A stretch of DNA of 64,000 nucleotides, from positions 191,126 to 255,125 of the forward strand of contig JAQGDQ010000069.1 in assembly GCA_030141605.1 (NCBI GenBank), read 5' to 3'. The notes below the pieces were generated by a model. That model did no database searches. It worked only from the letters and a program-made list of their open reading frames with translations, and was not told the DNA's origin. Positions 1 to 13,800 of this stretch are shown here, piece by piece; position 1 is the stretch's first letter, and every line of letters starts with the position of its first letter. The DNA is from Tubiluchus corallicola (taxonomy: Eukaryota > Animalia > Priapulida). The position numbers and the translations under genes were made by a program.

Positions 1-221
1 AGTGGATCAACCTTGTGATAAAGACGAACACAACGGTATCCGCTTCCCTTAAAAGGTGCTTCAGGAAACCAATGAGTCTTATAATGTGACATCATTACGT
101 CCCGTAGATTTGCGCCGAACTTATCTAACGTTTCCACTGATATCGACGGATTTCCAGCTTTCAAAAGTTTTTTCACAAAGTCCACGGCTGATATCACTTC
201 GTTTCTCATTAATGCCATCAT
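1..221 (-). CDS. BTG1: BTG/Tob family antiproliferative protein, BTG1/2-like, N-terminal part (truncated by window edge)
   Basis: Minus-strand translation from the ATG at 221 gives MMALMRNEVISAVDFVKKLLKAGNPSISVETLDKFGANLRDVMMSHYKTHWFPEAPFKGSGYRCVRLYHKVDP. HWFPxxPxKGSGYRCxRxxHKxDP is the BTG Box A signature. Not in the ORF track because it has no stop inside the window. The exact paralog is uncertain. Confidence 0.93.
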   Translation of the reverse strand, partial: MMALMRNEVISAVDFVKKLLKAGNPSISVETLDKFGANLRDVMMSHYKTHWFPEAPFKGSGYRCVRLYHKVDP

Positions 222-3200
222 TTTTACGTTCGAGGATTTGCAGCTGTTGTAAATAAACGTGAAAATGTTGTAGTATAACTCGTCAAAATCTTTCTACTGC
301 GGTATTGCTCAATCACCAAAGCGAATTTCTTTGTCTCCAATCTGCTGTATTATTCAACCACTAAACCAGATATTCTCTCTGAACGTATATTTTCGTAATT
401 AGTAGATCTTTAGCTTGAACTCGATCAAGTATAACTTCTGAAATTTTTCTTGCTTCGATCCGTTTTAACTGAATTTTAAACGAAAAATGAAGACGCCACA
501 AATCTCTTTGGCTAATATCGACCACCTAGCAGAGCATTCTGGGAAAATATCGCCGTGTTAAATGTACGTCACCAACTTCAACCAATGAAAACGCGTACGC
601 AGCTCATTAATTATTTACTCACCCTTATTTGGAATGCCTACACATGCGTCATACTATGAAGTCATTTTGCAGTGAGTTCATTGGGTCTGGTGATGAATTA
701 CCGTGAATTACCCTCAAGCAGCGTCAATACATGGAGAAATTATATGAGGTTGATCGAGACCTGAGAGTTTGAAACCAAACGAGAAAATCCACCTTTCTTT
801 TCATCTGCACTATTACGTGCAATTATCAGTATACACATGTACTATGTATCTACATACAAATATGTAGTTATTACCACTTGTTGCTGTGCTGACAAATAAT
901 CAGATAATTCAAATTCGCATTTAAATTGTTTCACTCTTCATGGATCACTCAGAATTGTATTTACATAATTATGTTTTCCCTTTTCAACTTTCACAGTTTT
1001 ATTGCTCTTGTGCCATTGCTGTTATTACATCCCCTTAGGTACATTATTAAGTTTTCTGTACACTTCTACAGAAGCATGTATAATTATAATAATTCTTCCT
1101 ACTACTGACCAAACGGTCGTACACTCTCCTCGCACTACTCAATTGTTTTATTTTGAATTTATTGATGTATCTGATGGCGTATTTTTGATGTGTGAAAATA
1201 AATTTACAGTCATAGTCACTCAACGTGAATATAAAATATGGGAAACAGAAACATAGGATTTTTTTCAAGTTTTCCTCGTTATTCGACCATGAAGATGCTT
1301 TGCCAAACGATATTATCGTTAATATAATCATGTATGTCAGAAAACCAAACTGAAATCACCGTAAGCTGACTAGTTCAGTATTTCTTACTTGTATTTCAGC
1401 GATTAAAATTGATGAACATTGCGCAGGTTTCTGTTATAATTGCAGATTTTTTTAGGAAAGTTATGAAGTGAAATATTTTGTTTGACACTATAAATCGAAG
1501 GTTTAAGAAAGCAAATTAATATACGTCATTATTATATTAAATAATGAAGATTCCCATTATATAGTACATATATGAAATTGTAATATTCTTGTTTATCGTT
1601 GTTAAGAAAGAATTGTGTTAAATGTGATAAACCGTGCGGGCCGGATGTAATATATTGAAACCGAGACATGTTTTGCAATTGGTCTTTGAATAGGCTCTAC
1701 ATTAGCTGGAAAACGGGCTTAGTTAATTTGTAGTTTGCGAAAGCAGTATACGTATGAACGATTAAAAGGCTACCGTTCAACTTCATTTCAGCGGGAATGC
1801 TGTACGATAGATGAATTTGCTCGATTTTATTGCCAAAACAAAAAAAAGGAGTTATATAGGCGGTTTTGAGCAGGGAATAATAATAATAATTATTATTATT
1901 GTTGTTTTCTTTTTAAGCAGACTGGATTGTAGATCTTTGACAATTCTAAATTTCCAGAGTTGCTTCACAGATCTCAACTGTGGATGGAGCTTCATGCAGT
2001 AAGCGGCTGCAGTTTCTTGCCAACAAACGTCAAAGGGGAGTATGATGCGAAATCAAACATCAAAAATACGAAGCTGCTGATGCGAAGATGCGAATGTAGT
2101 CCAAAGCTACATTTAAGTCTTGATATCGCTATAATCACAAGTACAATCACAAGGCATTTCTTGAAATCAAGTTAAAGCAAGCAAAAACCAGTCACAAATG
2201 AGAGAGAATGTCATAAGCGATTTTTTGTTTAATTGTTACGTGAATCCTGGTGACAAGTTTACGCGAACTTATCACGTACTATACATATTATCACTATTCT
2301 GATGTGAACTGACCAGAACCCAGAGCCCACTGACACAAACAAAATTCTCATAAATTGCATAGTCGTCATCAATTGCTTGCTTACTAAAAAAATAAATGCG
2401 CGTTTTTTATTTTGTTAAAAAATAAATAAATACAGGAAACCCGTTTTTTAGGTGCTCGCTTAGAAGCCCACGTACGTAACTTATACAAGCGGTTAGCATT
2501 TAGGTTAAGTTGTGGGAGGGAGGAAAAGAAGTTGGCTTCGTTATCTCGCAAATTTCTGCAGCTAACATCTACCAGGCGAAGGAAACGTTCACCCCAGATT
2601 GTTTACTGTTTAAGCACGCATGTTATTCAGGCCCAGTTAACTGACGGCTCTAAAATAAACACGGATTGCGGCTTATACTTTCAGACTGACGTAACTTAAA
2701 CATGTTTACCAGGCTGAAAATAGAACATCCGGCTGAAACGAATACGACGCAAAACTCGTACGCAGTCCAGCAAAAAATTATACCTATTTTAGAAAACAAA
2801 GACATGAGAATGCATATTAACTTTCGCCGGAATTGTAAGTTATCAAGTTAGGCATTATTGATATTAGTAGAACTGAATCTAGGTTATTTTTTGTGTTAGA
2901 CTATTGGTGTTGTAACAATTGAAAAATGGCGCTTGTTTTCGTCTGAGCTCTAAACTGAAATTAATTACTTGACATTAATTAACTATTCAGTTAAAGAAGC
3001 CATTGGATGCTGACAAATGCCAAATAGAGTAATCTTAGTTTAATAAAATTTTAACTGGGAATTGGGAAACTGGCTGTTCAGCTGGTTGACTTGCACAAGA
3101 CTCCTGCGGAACCCAAGTTACAGAACCTATTGGAAGGATGACAATAGCCATTATACTGTTGGTTACGAAATTGGGTAGATGTTGACGATAACTTTACCCG

Positions 3201-6200
3201 AGTGGTCCTTAACAACTATGTCTTTAACAAAATCAAAATTAAGATTGATTAAAACGTTAGTGACTGCCTGACGACTGACTACCATGGAAACTGCTTTAGG
3301 TATACATGTACTGTTCCAGGATATACTAAAAATGATTAACCTCGTTAAAGAAAGTGTAGATTATACGCACACGGGGTTTACGCCATTTCGCGAATTCAAC
3401 TTCTCATCATCAAGGATAATTAACTATGTTGCGATAGCGTCACCACCATCTACATGAAATAAACCCTATTGTTCAGTGAGGACGTCGATTGGATAAAAAA
3501 CAACAAAACAGCAAACCGCTAAAAATAAAAACTTAGCGTGTTTTCTGTAACATATAACGTGAGGGGTACATTTTTTTTATCAACCCAAAGCTATATGTGC
3601 ATCCTGTTGCTTTTCAAGAGCGCCCACATTTAAACCTGTGTTTTAGTTAATGACAGTCCAAGTTAAAGACGCCTGGATTGTGCTGCCACCTAATGGCAGT
3701 ACTTTTAGTTAAAATTATACTGCATTGTCAACTATAATAATTACCGTACTAATTGCTAGTTAACGTTTGCAAAAACCTAAACCTAAGAGCTATCAACTGA
3801 ATATTTACCAATTACTAAATTTCTTTGCAGTGATGATTTGTTTCCCAAGTCTTGTTTTGACTTAATTGTACCATATTTCGATTATTCTGTCAAAATCACA
3901 AACCCAATGCAGAAGTTTTGCACTTTCCAGGTAAAGTAAAAAGGCGGCTGTCATTATCATATGCTTACCTTCAATATAATCAGTACTGTACCATTACCAT
4001 ATCATTCATCATCATCATCAATAACAACAACATCGTCAACAATGACATCATCATCAATATTGTCACCATCACTATTACCAACAGAATTTGATATTTCATT
4101 AGAGTCAAAAAACAGCTATGACATTGCTTGTATCTATTAAAAAGCAATAAATGCAAAACTATTCTTTGTATGTACACGACAACAAACTGTGGTTTATTGT
4201 TGAAAGAAAAAACAGAGTGTTGCCTCAGCACAACAACAACAGCAAAAACAACACCAACATTTATAATTACACGAATCTACAATGATCACAAAAGATTTAT
4301 GCATTACATTTTGATTTGCCACTGCTAACACAATACAGTTTTTTGAGATTGGTGCATAAAGAGGGCTATTTAATGCATTTAGTTATATGAACTACAATAG
4401 TATATAATAGTACGTATTAAGGTAATAATATATTACACTGATAATATTATAATGCAACCGACACAGGCCTTTTAACAAGTTCACACTATTTACTATTTAC
4501 GTGAATAAGTCTACAGTGTAATTAAAATGCAACATACAATCAAATGCAGTAACTTTTATATTAAACAGTAATCTTGCAAGATAATGAAAATTATATTGAC
4601 TGATGTAAACTAACACACACACTACAGCTGTCTATTGAGTATCTTTTCTATAGAGCAGAAGAAAATTCATATCATACTGCAAGCCACATAATCAATGTTT
4701 CTAAATACTCACAATCAAGGAGGGCTTATTGCAGCAGTTTAACATTTATATTACACTTTTATCACGATGAGTTTGTTGTGACAACTTCAGAGAGAGTGCG
4801 CAAATTTCTTTTAATAGTTTGGTTTACTGCAAGCCAATATCCAGAACTTGATGGCATGAGTACCTGCATTGTAGTGTAGCAGGGTTGGAACCTAGTCATT
4901 ATAAACATCTAATGAGATACTGATCAAGGAGATTAGCTTAATCAAGTTCAAATGTATACACACTCTCCCTGAACTAGATTAATAGCCAGAGACCGTGTGC
5001 CCAGTAGTAGTTTTCATGGGTAGTCAGGTAAATCATCCATTGATAAACTAATCAGGCACAATGAAACATAATTTCAGTTGCTCAGTAAACAATACGACTG
5101 GCCAGGTATTTGTCAGGTATAGGAATAATCTAGGCTGCAATCTACACACTATTATTTAATAATTATAATCAAATGCAACTTTTGATTAGAACTAACTAAG
5201 AACTAATTATTATTGCTGAAAACCATTACTAAATTAAGAATACCATAAAACATTGCAACAAAGATTATCAATTTAATACAGTGAGACGAATGATATGAAG
5301 TATTCTGTAAGAAAAACAGTGAGATATGGAACAATTTTTGCAATATACGTTAAAATGACAAACATGAATGGTTCACAAAACAGCGATCTGTAAGCAGAAA
5401 TTTACAAAGTAACAGACACTGTTGCAAGTGTAGTTCACTTGAAATGGCCAATTAATTATCTATCAATGATCTTTCACAAGTATAAACTTACTAATAATTT
5501 ACTAGTATTCTGAAGAGATGAAGAAAGTTCTTTACAGCCAACAGATTAACATGCATTGCCATCTGTTAACTGACAAGTTAACCGCTAGCCTATGAAACAT
5601 GGAATGATTCGATGATTATAATTATAATGTACCTTCTAGATGCAACATACACTTGAAATATGAAGAACCTAATGTTGAACACATGAACAACATAAAACAA
5701 TAAAACAGGAAAATGGATAATGCAACTACAAGCATATGATAAACACAAGTTCAAGTAAGTCATAAATACAAGTACTGGTATATCATGGATACAAGCACAA
5801 ACAAGTCATAAATATCAATACCAGTACAAGAATGTCATATACCAGTGCAGTAATGTAAACAGTAATTTTGTAATGTTGTTTAATTAGTCATTTACTTCAG
5901 TTAATACAACAAAATGGATAAGCTAGCTACATACTTGTTTCAATGAACTGCTTTTACATAATAAAAGTAATCTATGACTACTGGTATTAGAATTATGTAT
6001 TAGTATTAGAGCTATTAGTATTATTATTATTATGGGACTGGCTAAAAACTAACACAAAGTATGTAAGAAATTTGCTATAACCAAGTTACCTTCAACTGGA
6101 AGTGAATAAAATAGACATTAGTATGTTAACCAGTTTAACTCTAAATACTTATCAGTTTAAGATGTCATGATTATACATAGATTGTTTCTATTGATTCCAC

Positions 6201-7838
6201 GTGGCTTTTATCTACAGAACTTCATCATAATCATTTGACTTAATCCAGACCCTGGTCAGGTTCCTCCAGACGACTCCGAGTGTAGTTGCACAAGTATGAT
6301 ATAAATGATAATGCCTTAATGGGCTTGTAGTTTATTTTATTAACGATACAAATTTCCTCAGTCTCATATATCACCCTTCATAAACCCTTTAGGAATGTTT
6401 TATTTTACGCATGATTAATGATTACACGATTTTTAAAGCATGCTTTTTAGTTTCACTATGGACCCACCTCCATAGATTAAATGGACTTTAAATAGGTTCC
6501 ATGGTTTGACCTTCTTTTTTTCTTAGTTACCTATGTAGTCAATAACACACTCTATCTACATGCACATGCAATAACCAATATTGAATACTCTAACATAACA
6601 ATAATTATTACACAAATGGATGAAAAATTAAAAAACAACAACTTCTGATTACTAAACTATCACGAATAATAATCACAATTACGTACAGTATCACACACAC
6701 ACTATGCTAATCTATGCTAGACACAAACATTGCAAATTTTCACACACTGCATAATTATTAAGACCCAACAAATTAGTAAAGAAAAAAAATCAGCTAAACT
6801 CAGTAAACTGTGTATTAACAAAGAAATTTAAATAATAAATATAGGCCATGAAACAAAAAAATAATTAAAAAAGATACAAGCAACATGTATATACTTATAT
6901 TTCTACACTAAATTTGTACCTACATTATTAAATTTCATGAAGTGTCAGTGGTTTAACACAACAGTTGCTTAAATATACACCAGTTTTAATAACAATTTTG
7001 TAGATAGAGACATATCTGCCAAGTGGTGTACTATGCAAATAATGTCTCTCGCTAGATACTGACCAAAAAAAAAAGAAAGTTTATTAGCCGAAGCAGCAAC
7101 GATACTTTTTTAAAAATCGTACTGTCACAGCCGTTATTTTGAAACCAAAATTAATTACTTCAAAGAACAAATATTTTTCTCTAGAGTGAAGTATAACATA
7201 TCATTAAACAGCTGAAGATATTCTACACTAAGTTTGCATTACATAATCATTGCAAAAATTTGCATGTAATCAGAATAGATAGATTTTTAAACTTGAAAGA
7301 TACAGACCTTCTATTATAAAGTAAAAATTTACTCATCAGATACATTATCTTCGAAAATCTTGCTTTCTGCTAATTAACTTTACTGTTAAAGTAATAAACG
7401 TCGATGTATTATAATGAAATGCTTCTAACAATGTTACTCACATAGTCACCAAAAGCTTCCGGCAAATAATGCCCAAAAACTCAGTCTCAAGATTTTCCAG
7501 ACATAGTTGATAATTACAGAGCAACAATTACATGCATTATCTACTGGCTAATTTAGCCGATTTATTTGAAAATATGGATTTTCTATACCGCTGCTGACAA
7601 AACTGTTAGTCTTAGTTTATATGTATAACGTTTCTACATTTGTATTAAAAAGCTTCATATGCCCAGAGGTGAACACTTCTCTAGAAAAGAAACATTCTTC
7701 AGTTAGCAAGCCGAGGCAGTACTGGCATCCACGTTTCCTACAATCTGGAATAACTTTAAAACTAGTTAAATGTCAAGCGTTACCTTGAAAGGGCATCGCA
7801 TTAGAGAGATGATGATAAATGCATTACAAGTCTGACGA

Positions 7839-10800
7839 TTACATCTGTCCACCAGCAGGAGGCATACTTGCCGGGTATCCTCCACCTGCAGGGTATCCAC
7901 CCACTCCGCCAGTTCCAGCAGGGTAGCCAGTAGGACTGCCAATGCCTGGGGGTGACTGCACAGCGTCCGGAGCACCGGCTTGTGGTTGCCGTGCTTTAAA
8001 CCATGTGCTCTCCTTGTAGAGGAACCAAATGTTACTAGTCCAAACCAGCCAGTTTAGGAAGCCAAACATCTGTAAAAAGTAATTTAATAGGCATACCATG
8101 TGGCGCAAAAAGTGCAAAGCTACAATATCATGTACTCTGTGTAACTAATAAATTTACATGTATAATAAATAATTAGTTAAACTAAAAATAATTAATATCT
8201 GTTAAGACATTGAAATAAAAGATCAGTAACATAGTGCACCAAGATTTGTTAAATAACTATTTTTCTCACTGGTTATAATTTCATCATTTGTTTAGTTCTT
8301 AATGTTATATCACATACATATGTTGGAAGTTAATGTATAAATGTACAATCATTTTCCATGATCACATTTGTAAGTCGTAACACAAGGCTTTTTAACAGTA
8401 AAACAAAGTCTGCTAAGACAGTGCAGAAACATTCTATAGTGATTTATTTATTGACCTTTTTTATATATGAAAGAGTGGAAAAAATTGACGCAACAGATGA
8501 ATTGAGGCTAAAATATTAACACGCCCCCATAGATTTCATTTAATATCATAATCAATACACATACAAGTGATCAAACAGCACAAGTGCACAGTAAATGCAT
8601 AGACAACATCCAGGAGCATACCCGGTGGCTTTAAAAGAATAAAAAAGATTTCAATAGAGATTCTTCGTATATGTGCTTAAGGGTGCATCGACTGCACATT
8701 TTCATCAACCGAAACGAAGCCGATTTTTTTTCTCTGGTGTTACCGAACCAAAGCTTAACTGAATGATTGGCCGTATTGTCGAACCAAATAAAATATCAAG
8801 TTAAATTGGAATACGAACCGAGGCCGAACCGAATTTTTTTACCAAAACTGAACCAATTTTTTTGTAAAAATGTTCTGATTACTAAGTCTGGGTTTGTATT
8901 TAAAGGTTAATGTTATGTAGATTATAAGCTATTCTAAAAGCAGTCCCAATTCTTTCAAAAGCTGTTCAAATGTTTTGTATAGTCGACAAAAACAGTATTT
9001 AAGCAAAACTGTAATAGTATAATTGTTTACTAGCTCGGTTCTCATTGATTTATTTCGTCGTTTATCAGCGAATACAGCACTGCCATGCTATTGCTCATTG
9101 TCACAACTGGTGCACCGATGGTGCATCACATTCTTCGAGACAGAAAGCAAAATATCGGCTGTTGTGCCACGATCGCTGCGTGTCGGAGGTTGTGACATGT
9201 CAGCTTTTTTAGTATAAACTTTCGTAAGCATTCTGGGGAAATATTCGGTTTGTTTAACACAATTTTCGTCCAATTTTACAACTAGTAAAAAACTAACTTC
9301 GGTATACCGAAGGTTCACTGAATGATTGTTCAAACAAAGTTTACTACTGGACCGCATTTTTATACTGATACCGGGGGAAAAAACATTCCGTGATTCGAAT
9401 ACTGGGTGTATCCTAATGCTTACACAGGTAGAAAAAATCAGACTTGGGTACCTTTTTCCTTACACCCGTCAGATGCCCGGGTACCCGATTGTTAAGATTC
9501 AACGCCAGTGAAGTTGTAATGATTTATGTTCAAAAGAAATGATCACCGATACATTTTAACTAACAGCACTGGTATGTTAACAACAAGAATTCAGTTATTA
9601 CACCGAGAGACTGAATACACGAGCTATGAGTCGCAAAAGTTAGTGTTTTTCAAAGTAAAGTATTTGGCTGAGTTTTTATCTGCCAGACTTCTTAATTAGT
9701 TAATTGCACGCATTATCAATGAGTCAGCTACACCAGCTTACTAGGTACTGACATTGAGCACTATTAATACAGCGTAGGAATTAGAGGAACAAAATAATCT
9801 ATATTATCCTTTTTGTGTGCTGATAAACTTAACAATCCCTTTATTTTTATCTTTGTTAATGGCCTGAAATAGCTTTTTAAAGGTTATTAAACAATTTTGT
9901 TCGGATAATTAACCACTTGGTAAATAAATCATAGTTTCTTTCTGGTAGTCACCCCTACAGCAAAAATGATTTCATCTGCCATCTTCCTACTGGCTTGGCG
10001 CATTGCTAACACAGCCTGTAATGCTTTATAATCTACTAGCAGGTATCTACTGTAGAAGCGCACAGCAGAAGGTGGCATTTAAATTTTAAATTCTCTAATA
10101 ACGGTTATCATATTACAAATAATGTGAGCATTTTAATGTACTTTACGCTAGCACCAGGAGAAAGGGATTACCACTGGAAAGTAGACTTACCACTGAAACA
10201 TTAAGGCTGGCGTAGTTGCCTTCAAAGCTTTTCTCACATTTGACATTATTTGTACAGACAGTACATTGCTTCATCACCTCATTGGGGCTTGTAGAGTACT
10301 TCAGATCTGACAATGCTTTAGCCCAAGCAGCTGCTGATATGAGCCAAAACACGGCAAATACTGCAGTGCAGACCAGATCCTACAGAATAGATTTATCAGT
10401 AGTAAAAATTATTTTTCCTACTCGTTAGTCGTTTCCTATGTTTCTGCAATAATACATGTATTCAGTGGTGCATGTTTATTGTACATGCTAATTGCTTTGC
10501 TATACACTAAGCATTGAACATTGCAGACAGTTTGCTGGAATTATTAATAGGCAAGGTTTTCTGATGACATCTACAAAAAACATAATACAAAATGATTTCA
10601 TATTAAGTAATGATGATATGAAATAACGACACTGTATGATGATATGAAATAATGACACTGCGCTAACAGAATGAATAAATAAACTGAACTAGAGCTATTG
10701 TTGATTTTTGTCAATAAATTCAGCAAACAAGATTCTTGTGTACTCTGCACATATCTGATGCACTCTATTTACACATGAATAATGGTTGTTTTAGTTTTGG

Positions 10801-13800
10801 ATTCTTTCTACAGCTGTTGCATCCATAGATAGCTCATACTTGATAAAACGTTTTTCTGCTTCACTGTCACTTACTCACTCTGTAATGGACAGCTGTTGGA
10901 TGAAACATCTAATATAGCATATATTTTTCTTCGGTTCATTAACAGGGATAATCAACTAATCAAGTTATGCCAGGGAATGGTGTGATGTTAGTGTTCTGTC
11001 TACAGCTTTGAAAGAAAATGCTTAAGACCCAGGTTCATGACTCTACATCCAAGTTTGGACAGATCTGCCCATTTTAAGCAAATAATGCTTACATGGTACT
11101 TTGTGACGACGGTCTTAAATGAAGTTCCACATTTTTTTTTGAAAAGAGCAAAATTAGGCTAAAACATTAACAGGGCTTGCTTTTAACAAAGCCTTTACGA
11201 AACTTGTAACTGTAACTGCAGTTGAATTTATGCATCAGTGATTATGTAGTTGTGTCCCATTTTAACACTGTTTTGCTTAAAATTGCTGCTTAGAAAATGA
11301 TAAAAGACGGATCATTATTATGATGTTGACGATTTTTTGTAGTATAACTGCCAATTAGATAGCGTTTAATTTCGAGTCACAGCTGTTAACTGGCATAGAA
11401 CGCAAAATGTTCCCGTATTACTGATGAAATTTGATGTAAGTACAAGTTATTTACTTTCAAGTTTGCTATCAGCTGCAGCAAAATCGCTAATTAACAACAT
11501 CGTTGACTTGATAACATGAATACGTTGTGTGTGCTGATGTGAAATCAAGTATAATAAGCACAGATGTAACTAACAAAACATAAACATTGTTTATTTTCTT
11601 ATCAATAGTTGTACTTACGATGTTGGGAATCATTGCATTGTTCTTGTATGTCGGATTAAAGAACAAGTACACAACCAGTATAGCCATACAGTAGAGAAAA
11701 GCCAGCACACCAATGGCGACAAAGAACTGTGATGACCCAGCACAACTGACATTTATTGTGTAGCCATCTTCACCAGGTTTGCTATCGCAGTAGCAGTCTT
11801 CAACGCGAGTATCGTATAACCTGCATGAAAAATTGTTACAAACATTGTTAGTTAATAAACAACTTGCATTACACAACTGCATAAGCAACACTGAGAAAAA
11901 ACAGACACGAACAGGGATAAACGTGCACAATGAACTACCATTGGCTACTACCTCATTTTACTACCATACTGTTATGCTCAAATCTAGAGATATAACTTCA
12001 ATATTTTTTTCTGTATAACTTTCAATATACTGTTCAATTTCCAACATAATATTTTCTGGTTGCCCACAAGATCCAATAAAAATGCTTTAATCAACAGCTG
12101 AACGAATATGTTCGCATTTATAAAATGGTTTAAAATTAGTTAGCTCTATGCCACTTATTTTAAAATATTCTTTACAGAATTAAAACAAATATTAAAGAAT
12201 ACTATCACCAAAAATTATTTTGTTAAGGTGTGAACGCAGTTTATAATAAAATAAGTCCTCGCTTAACGACGCTTTTCTTTTGCACTCAAGCAAAGTGCGA
12301 CATTAAGCGAAACATCATTAAATGAAACCAAAATTTCCACAGCTGGTAATGTAAAAGAATTGATATGCGTCCAAAGGCAAAAATCAATGCTGCTTAAACC
12401 ATATAAATTAAATGTTTTTATGAGTTTTATTCATATTTTTACTGATTAATTTCTTTCTGTTTGCTTGAACCAGCTGTCTTTCTTACCAGTATCTAGCTAG
12501 ATTTTTTTTAGTGTTTTCTCTTTTTTAACACTAAAGTGTTATATATATATAGGTAGTTAGTGGTTAAACGCTGCATAGTGAAAGCTAAGCCAAGAAGTGA
12601 CCTTAGGACAACATCATGTAGTACTAATCTGGTTGCTACAGCAACAGATTGCAGACAAAATTCCTTAGGATGAAGTTTGAACTTAGGTGTCTGGTGACAT
12701 ATAAATCCCAAACAGATCTTCCCTGATACAAAGGGTTAGCATTTAGTACATAGTCAGTTAGGATGTAACAATATGTAATGTTTGTACTGTTTTACATTAG
12801 TAAAACATTATGTTTTTAGAGCAGACTAATGCGATATGCACTATTTTAGTGCTTCAAATTAAGTAAAAAACTTGTTGACAAAATAAAAAATGGCTGCAAG
12901 CAAAGTAAAAAAATCGTAGGTAAAATGAAAAACTTGTTAAGTGAGAAAAAGATGTCAAATGTTCAGCGTCATTAAAATGAAAGGTTGCTAGATGGGGAGT
13001 CACTAAGCGAAGACTTAAGCGTAGTTTGCACTGTAGATTTGTTAGCAACAATTTGCTGCATTTGATTTGATGTTGCTTTTATATTTTATGTGTTTTTAGC
13101 GGAGTTGTGAAATATGGAAAAACAGGTGCATTACTTAAACAGTGTTGCATTTTAACCAAGCAGCAGTTTTTTATGCTTAGCGATCATACATCGAAATAAC
13201 GGCTAAGCAATTACTGACTGTAGCATTGTACCCCATTCCTTCGGAAAAATCAGTAGTAAAATCGATAAGTGCCAAATTATACCAATCAGCTAGTGAAAAA
13301 CAACTTCTTGGTTATAGAAACAATAATTTAATCTTATAATTTATACTTACCTAAATGGATAACTGTAGGAATACTTCACAGTTTTGCTACCTTCGGGGCA
13401 AGCTATCGTAAATGAAGTGTATGAGCTAAAGCCACTAGCTGTCGCAAATGCAAAAATTGCTAAAATCTGGAATAAATGAAACCACATCAGATGAAACTGA
13501 AGGGCAGTATGTGCAGCACAGCAGCTATTGTTTTCGTGAAAGTACTGTAAAGTGAAACAAATTTAAATAAATAAGTCTTCAAACAAGTTTTGCAAATTCA
13601 GAAGCTATAATCAGGAAAACCCAAAACAAAAAAAGTAAAATAGGTATTTGTATCCAAAAATCTACTAAATTTGCTTTTCACCAATTACGAGAATTTTTAA
13701 AAATTAACTTTTACTTTACTATCTTCAAATGCCTACTAATGTGCAGCCTAAAAACTCTTAGTCCCTCTCCATTACTCTACCATTATGACATGGGCAGACA

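Noticed and set aside
56-256. 66-aa plus-strand ORF
   Set aside because: It is the antisense shadow of the BTG coding region.
10970-11045. tRNA-like or SINE head (tggtgtgatgttag ... ccaggttcatgactc)
   Set aside because: The A and B boxes are degenerate and no cloverleaf forms. Not a tRNA gene, at most an old SINE remnant.
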